Below are positions 13,836 through 28,873 of a stretch of 64,000 bases of DNA, piece by piece; position 1 is the first letter of the stretch; each line of letters starts with the position of its first letter. The notes beneath the pieces were generated by a model. The model saw only the letters and a list, made by a program, of their open reading frames with translations, was not told the DNA's origin and did no database searches. Source of the stretch: Dictyostelium discoideum (taxonomy: Eukaryota); the NCBI GenBank assembly GCA_000004695.1, contig CM000152.2, positions 6,293,300 to 6,357,299 of the forward strand, in the 5' to 3' direction. The translations under genes and the position numbers were made by a program.

Positions 13836-13873
<38 letters not shown>

Positions 13874-13879
13874 TTATAG

Positions 13880-14098
13880 GGAATTATTGTTTTTAATATT
13901 TTTAAACCAAAAAATCATTCTGAAAAATTTATAAATAGAATTACAGAGTTAAAAAGTAATAATGGTGATATAAATAAATTAAACAATAGAATGAATGAAA
14001 AGACCAAAATAGAACACATTGATCTGGAATCATTATCAGACTATAAGGTTAATATGTGGGAGTTAAAAAGGTGGATTCCTAATAGAACACGAGCATGA
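13880..14098 (+). CDS. Putative terminal exon of the Sen54 gene (72 aa, phase 0, stop TGA at 14096).
   Basis: A 73-codon frame with no stop starts straight after the acceptor ATTATAG| and is preceded by TACTAAC. Its product 'GIIVFNIFKPKNHSEKF...VNMWELKRWIPNRTRA' resembles the Sen54 C-terminal 'EIIFDVYQ...' segment. Phase 0 matches the phase-0 donor at 12850, implying an intron of 1030 nt. Alternative small exons at 13152..13259 (donor GG|GTAAGA) cannot be excluded. Confidence 0.3.
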   Translation, partial: GIIVFNIFKPKNHSEKFINRITELKSNNGDINKLNNRMNEKTKIEHIDLESLSDYKVNMWELKRWIPNRTRA

Positions 14099-14790
14099 AT
14101 ATGCAAGAATATTTATAAATAAATTTTTTAATTTTTTTTTATTTTTAATTTTTTTTTTTATTTTTAATTTTTTTTTTATTTTTAATTTTTTATTTATTTT
14201 AAAATAACATTATTATCGCACAACATAGATCACATGACCATTTTAGGACCGGTCTATTTTATGAAAAAAAAAAAATACTTTGAAAAAAAATAGAAAAAAA
14301 ATTAAAAATAAATAAAATTTTTATTTTTTTTTTTTCGAATTATAACCACCTTCCTTTTTAAAAATCGTTTTTTTTTTTTTTTGAGGGGTTGTGATATTAT
14401 TTTAATTAAAAAAAAAAATGAAAGAAGCATAGTGTTTCCATACATTAATGTTGAAAGTGTGGTGTTTTTCAGACTTTCCTTTTGAGAAATTCATTTGGGT
14501 TTTTTTTTTTTTGAAAACACATCAGATCAAAAAATAATTAAAATTAATTTTATTTTATTTTTATTACTGACCACCCGTCTCCTAAAAAATTTTCAATATA
14601 AAAAGGAGAAAAGAAAAAAAAAAATTTTTCATTTCATTCAACAATTACTTTTTTTTTAGTTGCATAAAAAAAAAACTTATAACAATAATTCATTTAAATA
14701 AATAAAAGTTATTTAAATAAAAACTTCAAATTATATATTCAATTTTTTCCCAATATTTATTTTTAGAAATTCTTTAAAAATAAATATTTT

Positions 14791-14826
<36 letters not shown>

Positions 14827-14945
14827 AAATAATAAAAAAAAAAAAAGACCAAATTAAATAATAATAATAATAATAATAATAATTAATTTTTTTCGTTTCC
14901 AATTATCAACCATAGTGTAATATGTTGGAGTATCTTTTAAATAAA

Positions 14946-14976
<31 letters not shown>

Positions 14977-15345
14977 GTTTTAGTAAATATAATAAACAAT
15001 TTAACCTTTTAAAAATTAAAATTTAAAAAGACAAAAATAAATTGTTTTCACAATAATTAATAATTATAATAATTTTTTAAAAAAATCTCATCAATTGTAA
15101 GTTTTAATTTAAAATGATTTCATTTTATTTTTATCCTTTTTTAAACTTTCATATTTTCATACATTTTTTTTTGTGTCGATTTTTTCAAATAAAAAATAAA
15201 ATAAAAAATAAAAATAAAAAAAAATAATAAAAATAAAAAAAAAAATAATAAAAATAAAAAAAAAAAAAAAAATAAAAAAAAATAAAAAAAAATTACAGAT
15301 AAAAATACATTAATTTTATAATTAATAGAAGGGTCGGAATTCATT

Positions 15346-15383
<38 letters not shown>

Positions 15384-15423
15384 AATAATTTATATCGATC
15401 ATTTAAAGTTTAGAATAAGGAAT

Positions 15424-15461
<38 letters not shown>

Positions 15462-16104
15462 TTTTCAAATGACCTTTTTAAAATATTAGATAACAAAAAA
15501 AAAAAAAAAAAAAAATTATTTATTTATATATATATATCATTTATAAAATAATAATAAATAATTGCAAAAATTTGTTTTTTTTTTTTTTTCTTTTTTAAAT
15601 AAATTAAAAGAAAAAAAAAATCATATGGTAAATTTTGTTTAAACAAGAAATAATTTCCATTCCACTGAAATATAAGATATTATTTGACACACCACACACA
15701 AGATTTATTTTATTTTTTTATTTATTTTTTATATATTTTTTTTTTTTTTTAAAAAAAATTCTTTAAATTAGTTGTCCTAAAATGTGGGGTAATTTATTTT
15801 TTTTTTCCCATTCCATTATTTTATTTTTTTTTTATTTATTTGCCACAAACACGAAAATAATAATAATATATAATATAAAATACATATATTTTTAAATTTT
15901 TTTTTTCCCTTTTTTTTTGTTTCTTTTTTTTTTTTTTTTTTTTAATTTTTTTTCTAAACAAAAAAACATATAAAATTTATGAAAATTAAACTAACATTCT
16001 AAAATTTTTTTATTTAAATTTGTAATTTTATTTATTATATAATTTTTTTTTTTTTTTATAATAGATTTAAATAATCTTTAAAAAAAAAAAAAAAAAAAAA
16101 CAAA

Positions 16105-16738
16105 ATGGATAATAATCAAATTCCAAAAAATTCACCAGAGTCATCTGCAATCAATTCAGCAGAGTCCTCACCAAAATCAAATGTTAGTAGTGATGTTTTA
16201 CATGAAAATCATCACAAAGAACAACAACAACTCCAACAACAACTTCAACAAGAACAACAACAACAACAACTTCCAACAACACCTCAATCAGAACCAACTC
16301 AACGTGTTAATAACAATGAAGAAGGTATTGAGATGGATAGAATTGCCGAAAATTCAAATATTAATGTTCCATCAGATGTTGGAGAATCATCCTTGAAAAC
16401 CATTTCAGGTTACCCAAGCAGTAAAAATACTGAAGCTGGTAGCAGTAGTAGTGGTAAAAAGGAAGAAGATTATAACTATAGATCAACTTGGGTACCAAAA
16501 CTTCATCAAGAATTATTTGAAAATCCAGAAGTTTTGGAGTCAAGAAGAACTAAACAAAGAGCTTCCAATTATAGAAAAACTCTTGAAAGAGAAAAAGAAG
16601 GTATCAAACCATTAGATAATATTTTAGAAGAATTAAAAGCAAATGCAAATGGTTTAACAAAAGCTGAAGCTCAAAAAAGGTAAATTATTATTATTATAAA
16701 TATATATTGTTTTTTTTTTTTTTTAAAATTTATTTTTA

Positions 16739-16777
<39 letters not shown>

Positions 16778-19390
16778 ATAATTTATAGATTAGAAGAAGT
16801 TGGACCAAATGCAATTCCAGATGTTAAAAGATATCCAATTTTAGAATTTTTATATTTTATGTGGAATCCATTATCATGGACTATGGAAGTTGCAGCTATT
16901 GTATCAATTGCATTATTAGATTGGGTTGATTTTATATTGATTTGTGCATTATTACTTTTGAATGCAACCATTGGTTTCATTGAAGAGAATACAGCAGGTA
17001 ATGCAGTAGAGGCTTTAAAGAATTCATTGGTTAGTCAAATCCGTTGTATGAGAGATGGTGAATGGGTTATGTTACCATCACCAGATCTTGTACCAGGTGA
17101 TGTTGTAATGTTAAAGATTGGTGCCATTATTCCAGCCGATTGTAGAGTTATCGAAGCTGAACAAGTTAAAATCGATCAATCTTCATTGACAGGTGAATCT
17201 TTACCAGTCACTAAAAAGATTGGTGATGAAGTTTACTCTGGTTCAGCAATGAAACAAGGTGAAGCAAAATGTGTTGTCACTGCAACTGGTGTAAACACTT
17301 TCTTTGGTCGTGCTGCAAATTTAGTACAAGAAACCGAAGGACATGGTCATCTTCAAGTTATTCTTAGAAATATTGGTCTCTTTTGTATTAGTTTCATCGC
17401 CATTTGGGTACTCGTTGAATTATTAGTTGATTTCTTGGGTTACGATGGTTATTGTCATGGTGTTGGTGGTGGTCGTTGTTTACCATTGAACAATGCTTTG
17501 GTTTTATTGGTTGGTGGTATTCCAATTGCTATGCCAACTGTACTTTCAGTAACCATGGCTATTGGTGCAACTCAACTCTCTAAAAAGAAAGCCATCGTCT
17601 CTCGTTTAGCATCCATTGAAGAATTGGCTGCTATGGATATCTTATGTTCCGATAAAACTGGTACTCTCACTTTAAATATTTTAACCGTTGATGAACCATT
17701 ACCAGTTGGCGATACACCAAAAGAAGATATTGTTTTCCATGCATTCTTGGCTTGTTCCGAAGGCGAAGACCAAGATGCAATCGATAAGGCAATCTCAAAC
17801 TATTGTCGTGATACCTATCCAAATGTTGACTACTCTGGTAATGAAATCGTTAAACATTACCCATTCAACCCAGAAGATAAAAAAGCAATGGGTCTTGTAA
17901 ATGCAAATGGTAAACAATTTAAAACTGCCAAAGGTGCTCCACAAATCATTTTAAGAGAAGCTGATAATTACAAACAAGTTGGTGAAGCCGTTGAAAAAGA
18001 AATTGAAAATCTTGCTGATCGTGGTTATCGTGCTTTGGGTGTTTCAGTCTCTTATGATGCACCAGACTTTAAGGTATGGCATTTCGAAGGTTTAATTCCA
18101 CTCTTTGATCCACCAAGACATGATACTGAGGATACCATCAAACGTGCACTCGAAATGGGTGTATCAGTTAAAATGATCACTGGTGATCAATTGGCTATTG
18201 CTAAAGAAACCGCAAGACGTTTAGGTATGGGTGGTAATCTCTTTACTATTCCATATCTTGAAAACAATGATTTAGGTATCTCTGAAGGTGAAGTCATTGA
18301 AATGGCTGACGGTTTCGCAGAAATGTGGCCAGAACACAAGTACAAAGTCGTAGATCAACTCCAAAAGAGAAAACATGTAGTTGGTATGACTGGTGATGGT
18401 GTTAATGATGCACCAGCCTTAAAGAAAGCTCAAATTGGTATTGCTGTAGCAGGTGCTACCGATGCTGCTCGTTCCGTCTCTGATATTGTCTTAACATCAT
18501 CTGGTCTCTCTGTTATTATCGATGCAATTATCTCATCTCGTAAGATTTTCCAACGTATGAGAAATTACGTTATCTACTCTGTTGCTGCAACCGTTCGTAT
18601 TTGTACAACCTTTGGTATTCTCACAGTCGCTTGGAACTTTAAATTCCCAACCATTGCAACCGTTATCATTGCCATTTTGAATGATGGTACCATGTTAACA
18701 ATCTCTAAAGATCGTGTAAGAGCTAGAAATGAACCAGATCAATGGAATCTTTTCGAAGTATTCACTATGGCACTTTGTTATGGTTTCTATTTAGTAGGTT
18801 CAACCATTGTATTCTTTGCAATCATTCATGATGGTACTTGGTTCCATGATGCTATCAATCTTCGTATCTTAACCGATAATGAACTTCGTGGTCTCATCTA
18901 TCTTCAAGTCTCTATCTCTGGTCTTGCAACTATTTTCGTATCACGTAGTCAAGGTTTCTCTTACTTTGAACGTCCAGGTAATCTTGTAATCTTTGCTTTC
19001 GTTATGTCTCAAATTGTTGCTACCTTTATTGGTGTCTATGGTTTCCGTGGTTATCCACATGATTCCTTTTCCGATAATCCAGATTATCCAGTACATGGTA
19101 CAAATTTCCAAGGTTGTGGTTGGGGTTGGGCTGTTTGTGCTTGGATTTGGTGTTTCCTTTGGTACATTCCAATGGATTTCATTAAATTAGGTGTCACCTA
19201 TATTCTCCGTGGTAAGATTGAACCAATCAATAAAGATGCACTCCGTAAAATCTATGGTTGGTTTGGTAAAGAAATCCCAAAGGAAGCAACTCAAGTCTCT
19301 CATAAAGTTGCTGAACAACAAGCTAAAAGAGATGCTTTACATGCACAAGAAACCCATCATAAATCTGTTGTTACCGATAATAAAGTTTAA
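16105..19390 (+). CDS. patB: Plasma-membrane P-type H+-ATPase (P3A, PMA1/PAT2-like), 1058 aa, exons 16105..16679 and 16789..19390.
   Basis: Exon 1 ends AAA AG|GTAAAT. Exon 2, after TTTATAG|A, continues '(R)LEEVGPNAIPDVKRYPILEFLYFMWNPLSWTMEVAA'. It carries the phosphorylation site 'CSDKTGTLT', the 'TGDGVNDAPALKKA' motif and 'MITGDQ'. The fungal/plant-type plasma-membrane H+ pump architecture is clear. The spliced length of 1058 aa matches my recollection of Dictyostelium PAT2. The gene symbol is given at moderate confidence only. Confidence 0.9.
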
Positions 19391-19850
19391 AATAACAATA
19401 ATATTTAAATAATGTATAATAATTAGTTTTAATAATTTTATGCAACATAATAATATATAAAAAAAAAAAAAAAAAAAAGTAAATATTACTTTTAAAAGTA
19501 ATAAAATCGAAAATAAATAAATAAAATAAAAAAAAAAAAGTGATAATAGAATAAAATTTATAATTACTTTTTTTTTTAAAAAAAAAAAATTATATATCTT
19601 TGTTTTTTTTTTTATTATTATTTTTAATAAACCATTATGATATCGTAAAATATTTTTTTAGGTTTTTATTTTTTTTTTTTTGTTTAGATAATTTTATTAT
19701 GTGAATATCTATTTTTATAACTATTTAAACTAAATTATAATATTTTGTTAATTTTTTATTATTATTTTAATTATCATTTTTACTTTTAAATTATTTCTGT
19801 GGCATTATGTTTTTATTATAGTATTGTTGTTTTTTATTATTGTGATGATT

Positions 19851-19882
<32 letters not shown>

Positions 19883-20160
19883 CACAAACATACTTTTTTT
19901 TCATTTTTTTTTTTTTTTCATATCTCTGGTTTTAATATTTTGTCAAAAAATTTCATTATTTAAACAGTTTTTTAAAAATAGACCAGAGAAATGTCAATTT
20001 TTTTTTATTTTTTTATTTTTTTTTGATGAAAATAAAATATCTTGTGGAAATTTAGGAATGTGTACCCAAAATAAATTTTTTGATGTGTTAATAAAATTTT
20101 AGTAATTTAACATCCACATCAAATTTTTTTTTTTTTTTATTTTTTTTAAAAATTAATTTG

Positions 20161-20167
20161 GGGAAAA

Positions 20168-20210
<43 letters not shown>

Positions 20211-20234
20211 ATGAATAAATAAATAAATAAATAT
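20161..20234. repeat. (AAAT)n microsatellite.
   Basis: About 17 AAAT units with one AATG variant. Confidence 0.9.
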
Positions 20235-20729
20235 ACCCATTCAGTTTTTGATCATATCTTTTAATTTCAAAATTAAAAAATGGTTTATTGAAATACTTTT
20301 TATATTTTTTTTTTTTTTTTTTTTTTTACTTATAATCAGTTTCTTTGTGTAGTCTAAGTGTTGGTTAAACTATATATTTTTTTTTTTTTTTAAAATTATA
20401 TTAGAGTTTCTTAAAAAACCAAATTCACATTTTATTATAAAAAAAAAAAAAAAAAAATAATTAAAAAAAAAGATTAGTTGTATTCTCACAATTCTTTAAT
20501 TTCCAACATTAGTGTTTAATATTAATATTATTTAAAAAAAAATTAATAAACACTGGTAAAAGTGATGGTATCAGTTTATTAATTTACAATAAATATTTTG
20601 TTAATAATCACAATCAAACAATAAATCACCAAATGAAAATAAAAGCGAATCATCCTACCAATTCTTCAAATTTTGAAAGAAATAATGATCAAATGCTCCA
20701 TCAAATACTCGATTTAGTGATAGTAATAC

Positions 20730-22202
20730 TCAAACTATTGGAGTTGAAGGAACGGTAAAAGGTTTGGAAAATCTTGGAAGGATGGGGCAGTTTGGTTGTT
20801 CTTTATTGGTTAAACTATCATTGGATCTGATATATTTTAAATCATCTAAAATACTTTTAATCATTCTTTGTTTTGCTTGATCTTTATCTGTGGCTTCTGA
20901 TACTCTTGATAAATCAATAAAGATATTTATATATTTATCATTTTTTTTGTATTTACAAATATGTCTAATATATAAATCCATATGCTCATAACCTTTACTT
21001 GAGAAAGTATCTGCTGCAGTAGATATTAACTCGGTAAAATCTATACTATTATAGTCATCATTTCCAATTGGTTTTATGAATGGCATAACCAAATGATCTT
21101 TAGCTGAATATGTTTTTATGATTGTTTCAATACCCCAAATGGTACCCCATAATCTTCTTTCTTCTTCTCTTTTCTCTTTTATAATTGTGTTATTGAAAGA
21201 TTTTATGACCAAACTATGACCCTTTTCTGTTAATGCATAAGAGCAATGTCCATGGCCTCCGCCACCCAAATACTTTACTAAATAGATTTCATCTAATAGT
21301 TTTTTATCAATTTCCTTCAAAGTGGTAAGATATTTGCTGGTTGAAATTTCAACCGATTTTGCCTTAAAACATAAAGAATTTGCTTGTAAGAATAATCTTG
21401 TTCCTTCTTTACTTGGATCGAACTGTGATTCTCTCATTTTGAAAATGGTAGAGCAGATTAATTCAAAGAATCCTCTTGGTTTTTCAATATCTCTGAGTGG
21501 GGAGCTACTAAATATTGGTGATGTGGTGTTTGAACTGCTATTGGATGTTGGTGATGTATTTGAGCTGCTATATGTTAGTGATGTGGTGTTTGAACTACTG
21601 GATGTTGGTGATATGTTTGAAAGAATTGATTGGTTTGAACTACTAGTATATAAAACTCTATCAAATTCTTTTATGTTTGGTTTTGATTTTACAGTTTTGC
21701 TAATTTGGATAGGTAAAACAGATGTTGCATGTGGAAGTGTGCTTTGAATATCATTGGCAGCCAATCCTAATGAATCATGCGTGAATAAAGGCATTACTTT
21801 GTTGGGTGTTAATAAAAGTCCAAATGCTTGTAATTTACCAAAAAGATAAGAAAGACCCATCAAATAATCGAATAATTGTCCAATGACCTTTGGATCATGA
21901 AATGAAAGTTCACTACATTTGACTTGAATTAAACCAATATAATTTGTTTTTGACTTTCTTTTTGTTTTTCTATAAGTTCTTTGTTTTCTTTTTCCATTGC
22001 TTTTTGTCTTTTTTTGACTTTCTTTTTGTTTTTCTAAAAGTTCTTTGTTTTCTTTTTCTATTTCTTTTTGTCTTTTTTGACTTTCTTTTTGTTTTTCTAA
22101 AAGCTTTTCATACACTTTGTATGCTTTTTCTATTTCTTTTTCTTTTTGTTTTTCTAAAAGTTCTTCATATGCTTTTTTGTAATCGAGATTATTATCACCC
22201 AT
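20730..22202 (-). CDS. Protein with an N-terminal EKLLEKQKE repeat/coiled-coil region, an S/T-rich linker and a degenerate protein-kinase-like C-terminal domain.
   Basis: Single 490-aa ORF. It has a Gly-rich loop 'YLGGGGHGHCSYAL', a 'VIKSF' (VAIK-like lysine), an 'HMDLYIRHI' catalytic-loop-like element and 'IFIDLS' at the DFG position. I call it atypical or a pseudokinase. Confidence 0.45.
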   Translation of the reverse strand: MGDNNLDYKKAYEELLEKQKEKEIEKAYKVYEKLLEKQKESQKRQKEIEKENKELLEKQKESQKKTKSNGKRKQRTYRKTKRKSKTNYIGLIQVKCSELSFHDPKVIGQLFDYLMGLSYLFGKLQAFGLLLTPNKVMPLFTHDSLGLAANDIQSTLPHATSVLPIQISKTVKSKPNIKEFDRVLYTSSSNQSILSNISPTSSSSNTTSLTYSSSNTSPTSNSSSNTTSPIFSSSPLRDIEKPRGFFELICSTIFKMRESQFDPSKEGTRLFLQANSLCFKAKSVEISTSKYLTTLKEIDKKLLDEIYLVKYLGGGGHGHCSYALTEKGHSLVIKSFNNTIIKEKREEERRLWGTIWGIETIIKTYSAKDHLVMPFIKPIGNDDYNSIDFTELISTAADTFSSKGYEHMDLYIRHICKYKKNDKYINIFIDLSRVSEATDKDQAKQRMIKSILDDLKYIRSNDSLTNKEQPNCPILPRFSKPFTVPSTPIV

Positions 22203-22427
22203 TTTCTATCTGGTGTATTTGATTTGTATAAAGATTTAAATCGTTTATAAATAAATAAATATATTTATTTGGTTTTTGATGATATTAATGAATTTGTTTG
22301 TGTTTGTGGTTGTAGTTGTGGTTGTGGTAGTGTATATTGAGTTTGAATAATTATTTTTTTCTTTTTTTCTCTTCATATTTTAATTAATTAATTTACTATT
22401 ATTATTATTATTATTATAATTATTATA

Positions 22428-22470
<43 letters not shown>

Positions 22471-22887
22471 GTATTTGATTTAATTTGATCAAAATAATAT
22501 AACTATTATAAATATATACTAATTTTATTTAAAATACAAATAAACGAATAAATAAATAATAATAAATAAATAAATGAAAAATAGAAAAAAAAAAAAAAAA
22601 AAGTTAAATAAAAAACCAATAAAAAAAAAAAAAATTTTATTTTGCCAACATAATTTTAATGGTTGTGAAATTAGATTTATTTAATTACCAAATAACCAAA
22701 ATTTTGAATATGTGATAATGGTAGTGGTAATTGTAAAAGTGATACTCAAACAAAAGGATTAAAATGTGAAGAATCAAGATTATTAATTAAATCATCAGAA
22801 CTGATCACAATAAATATAAATAAATATATAAAAAAAAAAAAAAAAAATATTATTAAAAACAATTAAAAAAAAAAAAATAATATAAAA

Positions 22888-22920
<33 letters not shown>

Positions 22921-23218
22921 AAAAAAAAAATATCATCTTCTATTTATATAATCAAAAAAAAAATAAAGAAGAAAATGTGGAGATCCCAAAACTTTGAAAC
23001 AATTCTCATTGATGTAATTTTTTTTATTTATTTATTTTTTTTTTTTATTATTTTTTATGGGTCAACTAATAATAGAATCATAATCTTTTTTCTTTTTAAT
23101 AATAAACAATTTTTTTTATTTTCAATTTTTTTTTTTTTTATTTTAAAATTTTTTTTTTTTTTTTTCACAATTATTTTTCATTAATAATTTTTTATTTTCA
23201 AATAAAGTATTTTAAAAA

Positions 23219-25108
<1,890 letters not shown>

Positions 25109-25208
25109 TAATAGATATTAATAGTATTCAAATTAAACATTTTTAAATTGTAAATAAATTAAAAATAAAGTGTTTAAAGTTTATTTATACAAAAATATAG
25201 ATTTCTCT

Positions 25209-25240
<32 letters not shown>

Positions 25241-25368
25241 TATTTATTTGTTATTAGTATTACAGTTTGGTTTGAGTGATGAGTTATAATGATGAGTCAA
25301 GTTGGGTTGAAATAGTATTATTATTATTATTTATTGTTATTATTTATTATTATTTATTATTAGATTTG

Positions 25369-25953
25369 TTATACATCAACTTGTAATAAACCATATTTTA
25401 TAAAAACAAAAGTTGGAGTAGTTGGATCATCATCTTTATAATACATTAAAGCAACTAAACCATTTGCATCCATACTTGAACCAGTGAAAAAAGAATACTT
25501 TTTAAAGTTTTCACCATCCATCATTGTTTTTACAAAAGATTGTATACCTTTTTGAATGTGTTCAATTTTTTCATTATCTGAATTCGATGGTTGTTGTTTG
25601 ATATGGTTGATTAAATCTTTGATATATAATTTCATATAGGCTAAATATGATTTCTTATCGAATGATGTTTCAACCAATCTTAATTGTTCAACTAAATTAT
25701 TGATTTGAAATGTACCTGCTGCTTCAACATTTTCAAATTCGTCCTCTAAATTTGTTGATAATGTAATAGAATTATTATTATCAACCGTTGTTGAAATTGA
25801 TCCACCTAAAGAATTATTATTTACAACTACATTTAAATCCTTTGTAATCATTTTGGTTTTTACTTCAAATGTTACATCTCCAACCTTTATTTCATATCTA
25901 TCTGTTAATAGATCATCATGGGAATTACCAATTAAATCTTTATATAATTTCAT
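25369..25953 (-). CDS. Second, intronless and diverged TCTP-family paralogue (194 aa).
   Basis: 'MKLYKDLIGNSHDDLLTDRYEIKV' matches the TCTP N-terminus 'MIIYRDLISHDEMFSD'. 'RLVETSFDKKSY' is identical to the block in the gene at 10440..11349. 'KKYSFFTGSSMDANGLVALMYYKDDDPTTPTFVFIKYGL' matches TCTP signature 2 and the C-terminus. The Asn/Ser-rich insertion is specific to this copy. Confidence 0.75.
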   Translation of the reverse strand: MKLYKDLIGNSHDDLLTDRYEIKVGDVTFEVKTKMITKDLNVVVNNNSLGGSISTTVDNNNSITLSTNLEDEFENVEAAGTFQINNLVEQLRLVETSFDKKSYLAYMKLYIKDLINHIKQQPSNSDNEKIEHIQKGIQSFVKTMMDGENFKKYSFFTGSSMDANGLVALMYYKDDDPTTPTFVFIKYGLLQVDV

Positions 25954-26540
25954 TTTTTTTAAAAAAAAAAAAAAAAAGAATAAAAGAAAATTAGATTTTT
26001 CTTTTTTTTTTTTTTTTTTTTTTTTATGAAAAAAAAAAAATAAAAAAAAAAAAATAAAAATAAAAATAAAAAAACTATAATGTTTAGATTTATTAAATAA
26101 ATCATTGTTTATTTTAAATTTGGGGTGTGGTGTCTAAAAATAAAATAAAAAAAAGAAAAAAAAAAACAAAAAAAATAGTTAACACCTAAAGATATAATAA
26201 TAAAATTTGAGAACTTTTATTTTGTAAAGTTTTTTTTTTTTTTCTTTTTTTTTTTCTTAATTATATATTACAAAATATTATTACTTTTTATCTTGAAACT
26301 AATTTAAGGTTGCTTTTTTGATTGGAATAATAATATTCGAAAAAAAAAAAAAAAAAAAAAAAAAATGAAAATAATAAGGTCGTTTATATGATAAAAGTTT
26401 TTTTTTTTTTTTTTTTTTTTTGATGATCTATTTTGATTACTCTGTTTTTGGTACGTATGCCCTGTTTGAAATAATAATAATAATAATAATAAATAATAAT
26501 GTTAGATTTATTAAATTTGGGTGAATTTTTTTTAAGTTAC

Positions 26541-26864
26541 TTACATTGACTCTAATGGTTCCATTAAAAGTATTGAGTTACCTCTAATGATAACCATACC
26601 TATTTCATATTTCTCAGTTGGTGAAACAACTTCAACTGTATCTTTTAATGCTATATTCATAAATGTATCAAATCCTCTTAATATTCCATGTACTGTTCTA
26701 TTTCCATTTAATTTAACTGATTGATGAAAATATAATAAAATAAAATAAAAAAGGTTAATAAAAGAAATCAAAAATACAATTGTAAAAGTGAATTTATACT
26801 TACTTGCTAATTTTTTATCTAATAATTTAGTTAAATCTGGATCTGCTTGTTTACCGAATGTCAT
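26541..26864 (-). CDS. snrpG: Small nuclear ribonucleoprotein SmG (Sm fold), exons 26864..26804 and 26716..26541.
   Basis: Exon 1 'MTFGKQADPDLTKLLDKKLA' ends at the donor A|GTAAGT. An 87-nt intron follows. After the acceptor CAATCAG|TT, exon 2 gives 'IKLNGNRTVHGILRGFDTFMNIALKDTVEV...EIGMVIIRGNSILLMEPLESM'. This is nearly collinear with human SNRPG ('[25 protein letters not shown]...IGMVVIRGNSIIMLE'). Confidence 0.85.
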   Translation of the reverse strand: MTFGKQADPDLTKLLDKKLASKYKFTFTIVFLISFINLFYFILLYFHQSVKLNGNRTVHGILRGFDTFMNIALKDTVEVVSPTEKYEIGMVIIRGNSILLMEPLESM

Positions 26865-27060
26865 TTTAATAGATATGGTTATTACGTTTCACAAAAAATG
26901 ATAAAAATAATTTTAAGAAAAAAAAAAAAAAAAAAAGTGAAAAATGAAAAATGAAAAATGAATTTTTTTTTTTTTTTTTTTTTTTCCAAAAAATGTTTTT
27001 CCAATTTTAATAATTTCATCAAATAAATAAAATTAATTATTTATTTTTTTTATTTATTTA

Positions 27061-27161
27061 TTATTTCTTTTTCTTTTTTTTTAGTGTAAAAATTTTTCTC
27101 AAAATTAATATATTTTTAAAACCTTTACTATTATTATTATTATTTTTATTAATATTATTAT

Positions 27162-27198
<37 letters not shown>

Positions 27199-27750
27199 TG
27201 AAAGTGAAATAGGTGTATTGTTTATAAAATGACTTGGTATTGAAACTGATTTTGTAACATATTGGCTTGGAACAGTAAAAAATTGTGAATTATTATTTTG
27301 TTGATTCAATGTACAATAAGAATTTGTTGGACAAAATGGTTTTGATTCATCAAATGTAAATTCAAACTCTTCATCATTCATAAATGTTTCTAAAATTGGT
27401 ATTGATGAAGAATTTGATGATGGAATTAATTGAGAAAAAAATGTTTCTTCGAATAATACAATTCTATCATCATTGTTTTTATCATCACTGATTTTATTAT
27501 CATTAATTTTATCATCATTAATTTTATTATCATTGGTCTTATTGTTAACAATAGTAATATTATTATTTTTTAATGGTGTAATTGGAGTATTTGGTGTACT
27601 TGGAATACTACTATTATTGCAACAATTATTTGATTTACTATTATTGGAAATTTCAATAGATGATGTACTTGAAGAATATAAATATGCTCTTGCAGCATTC
27701 ATTTCTTCAGGAGTTAAATAAAAATAAAATAAATCTCTGTCAAGTGTCAT
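27061..27750 (-). CDS. Hypothetical Asn/Ser-rich low-complexity protein. The 3' end is possibly spliced.
   Basis: A 229-aa ORF. Its tail runs into A-rich sequence, which is probably intron. I see no recognisable domain. Confidence 0.3.
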
Positions 27751-27754
27751 CGAT

Positions 27755-27813
<59 letters not shown>

Positions 27814-28873
27814 CTTTTTTTTTTTTTTTTTTTAAATAATTTTTTTAATTTATTTATTTAAATGATTAAATAAATTTTTATTTATTTATTAATAATTATT
27901 TGTTTGAATGATTATTTACTTAAAAAAATAATAATTATTAATAAATAAAAATAAATAAAAATTAATATTTGAGTTTGGATTTTATATGAGTTTGAAATTT
28001 GTATAGTATGGAATAAAGGAAATAGTGTATATTCGATATAAATCTATTTATTTATTTTGACAATTTTATTTAAATACTAAATTCCAAATCTAAATTTAAT
28101 ATGGAATATCTTTAATTATTTGTGATGTGTTAATTTTTATTTTTTTTTTTTATTTTTTTTTTATTTAAAAATTTATTTCATGATATTTTTTTTTGCGCTA
28201 GAAATAAAAATAGAATTTAACATAAAATCAAAAATCTACTCATTATTAAAATACCAAAACGAGAAGAAATTTTTTAAAAATAGATTCAAAAAAAAAAACA
28301 TTTTAATTATTTTTATTTTAAAAAATAATTAATAGCAATTTTTAAAACAGTTTAAAAAAAATTATTAAACCCCACTACCACACCGACAATAATAATATAT
28401 TCATTAATTTCTATTTTTACAATTTGTTAATTTTATTATTTCTATTAAACACATAAAAATTTTTTTTTTTTTTTTTTTTATCAAATATAAATTATTAAAG
28501 AACAATTTATTGTTTTTTTTATTATGTAAATAATATTTGAAGTTGTCCAACCTTATTGTTTTAAATCAAAATTATATTATGAAACATAAATATCGCCATT
28601 CATTTTTTTTTGGTCACCTTCTTTAAAAGGGTTAAAAAAAAAAAAAAAGTTTTAAAAAATTTTAATAAATATTGTTATAATTTAAAAGTATAAAAGAATA
28701 ATTTTCAAAATAAATATAAAATAAAAAATAATCAGATAATTTAAATCATTTATAATTTTTTTTTTTTTTTTAATTATTAAATTAAATTTTTAAATAATAT
28801 TAAATTATTATCTTTTTTTTTTTTTTTTTTTTATTATTTTTTTTTTTAATTATTAAATTAAAATATTTAAATA

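Noticed and set aside
14100-16100. I searched the long AT-rich intergenic stretches (14.1-16.1 kb, 19.4-20.7 kb, 27.8-28.9 kb) for tRNA genes, using the B-box GGTTCGAATCC pattern and GC islands.
   Set aside because: I found no tRNA-like sequence. GC-richer snippets such as 14217-14260 do not fold into a cloverleaf and lack the box A and box B motifs.
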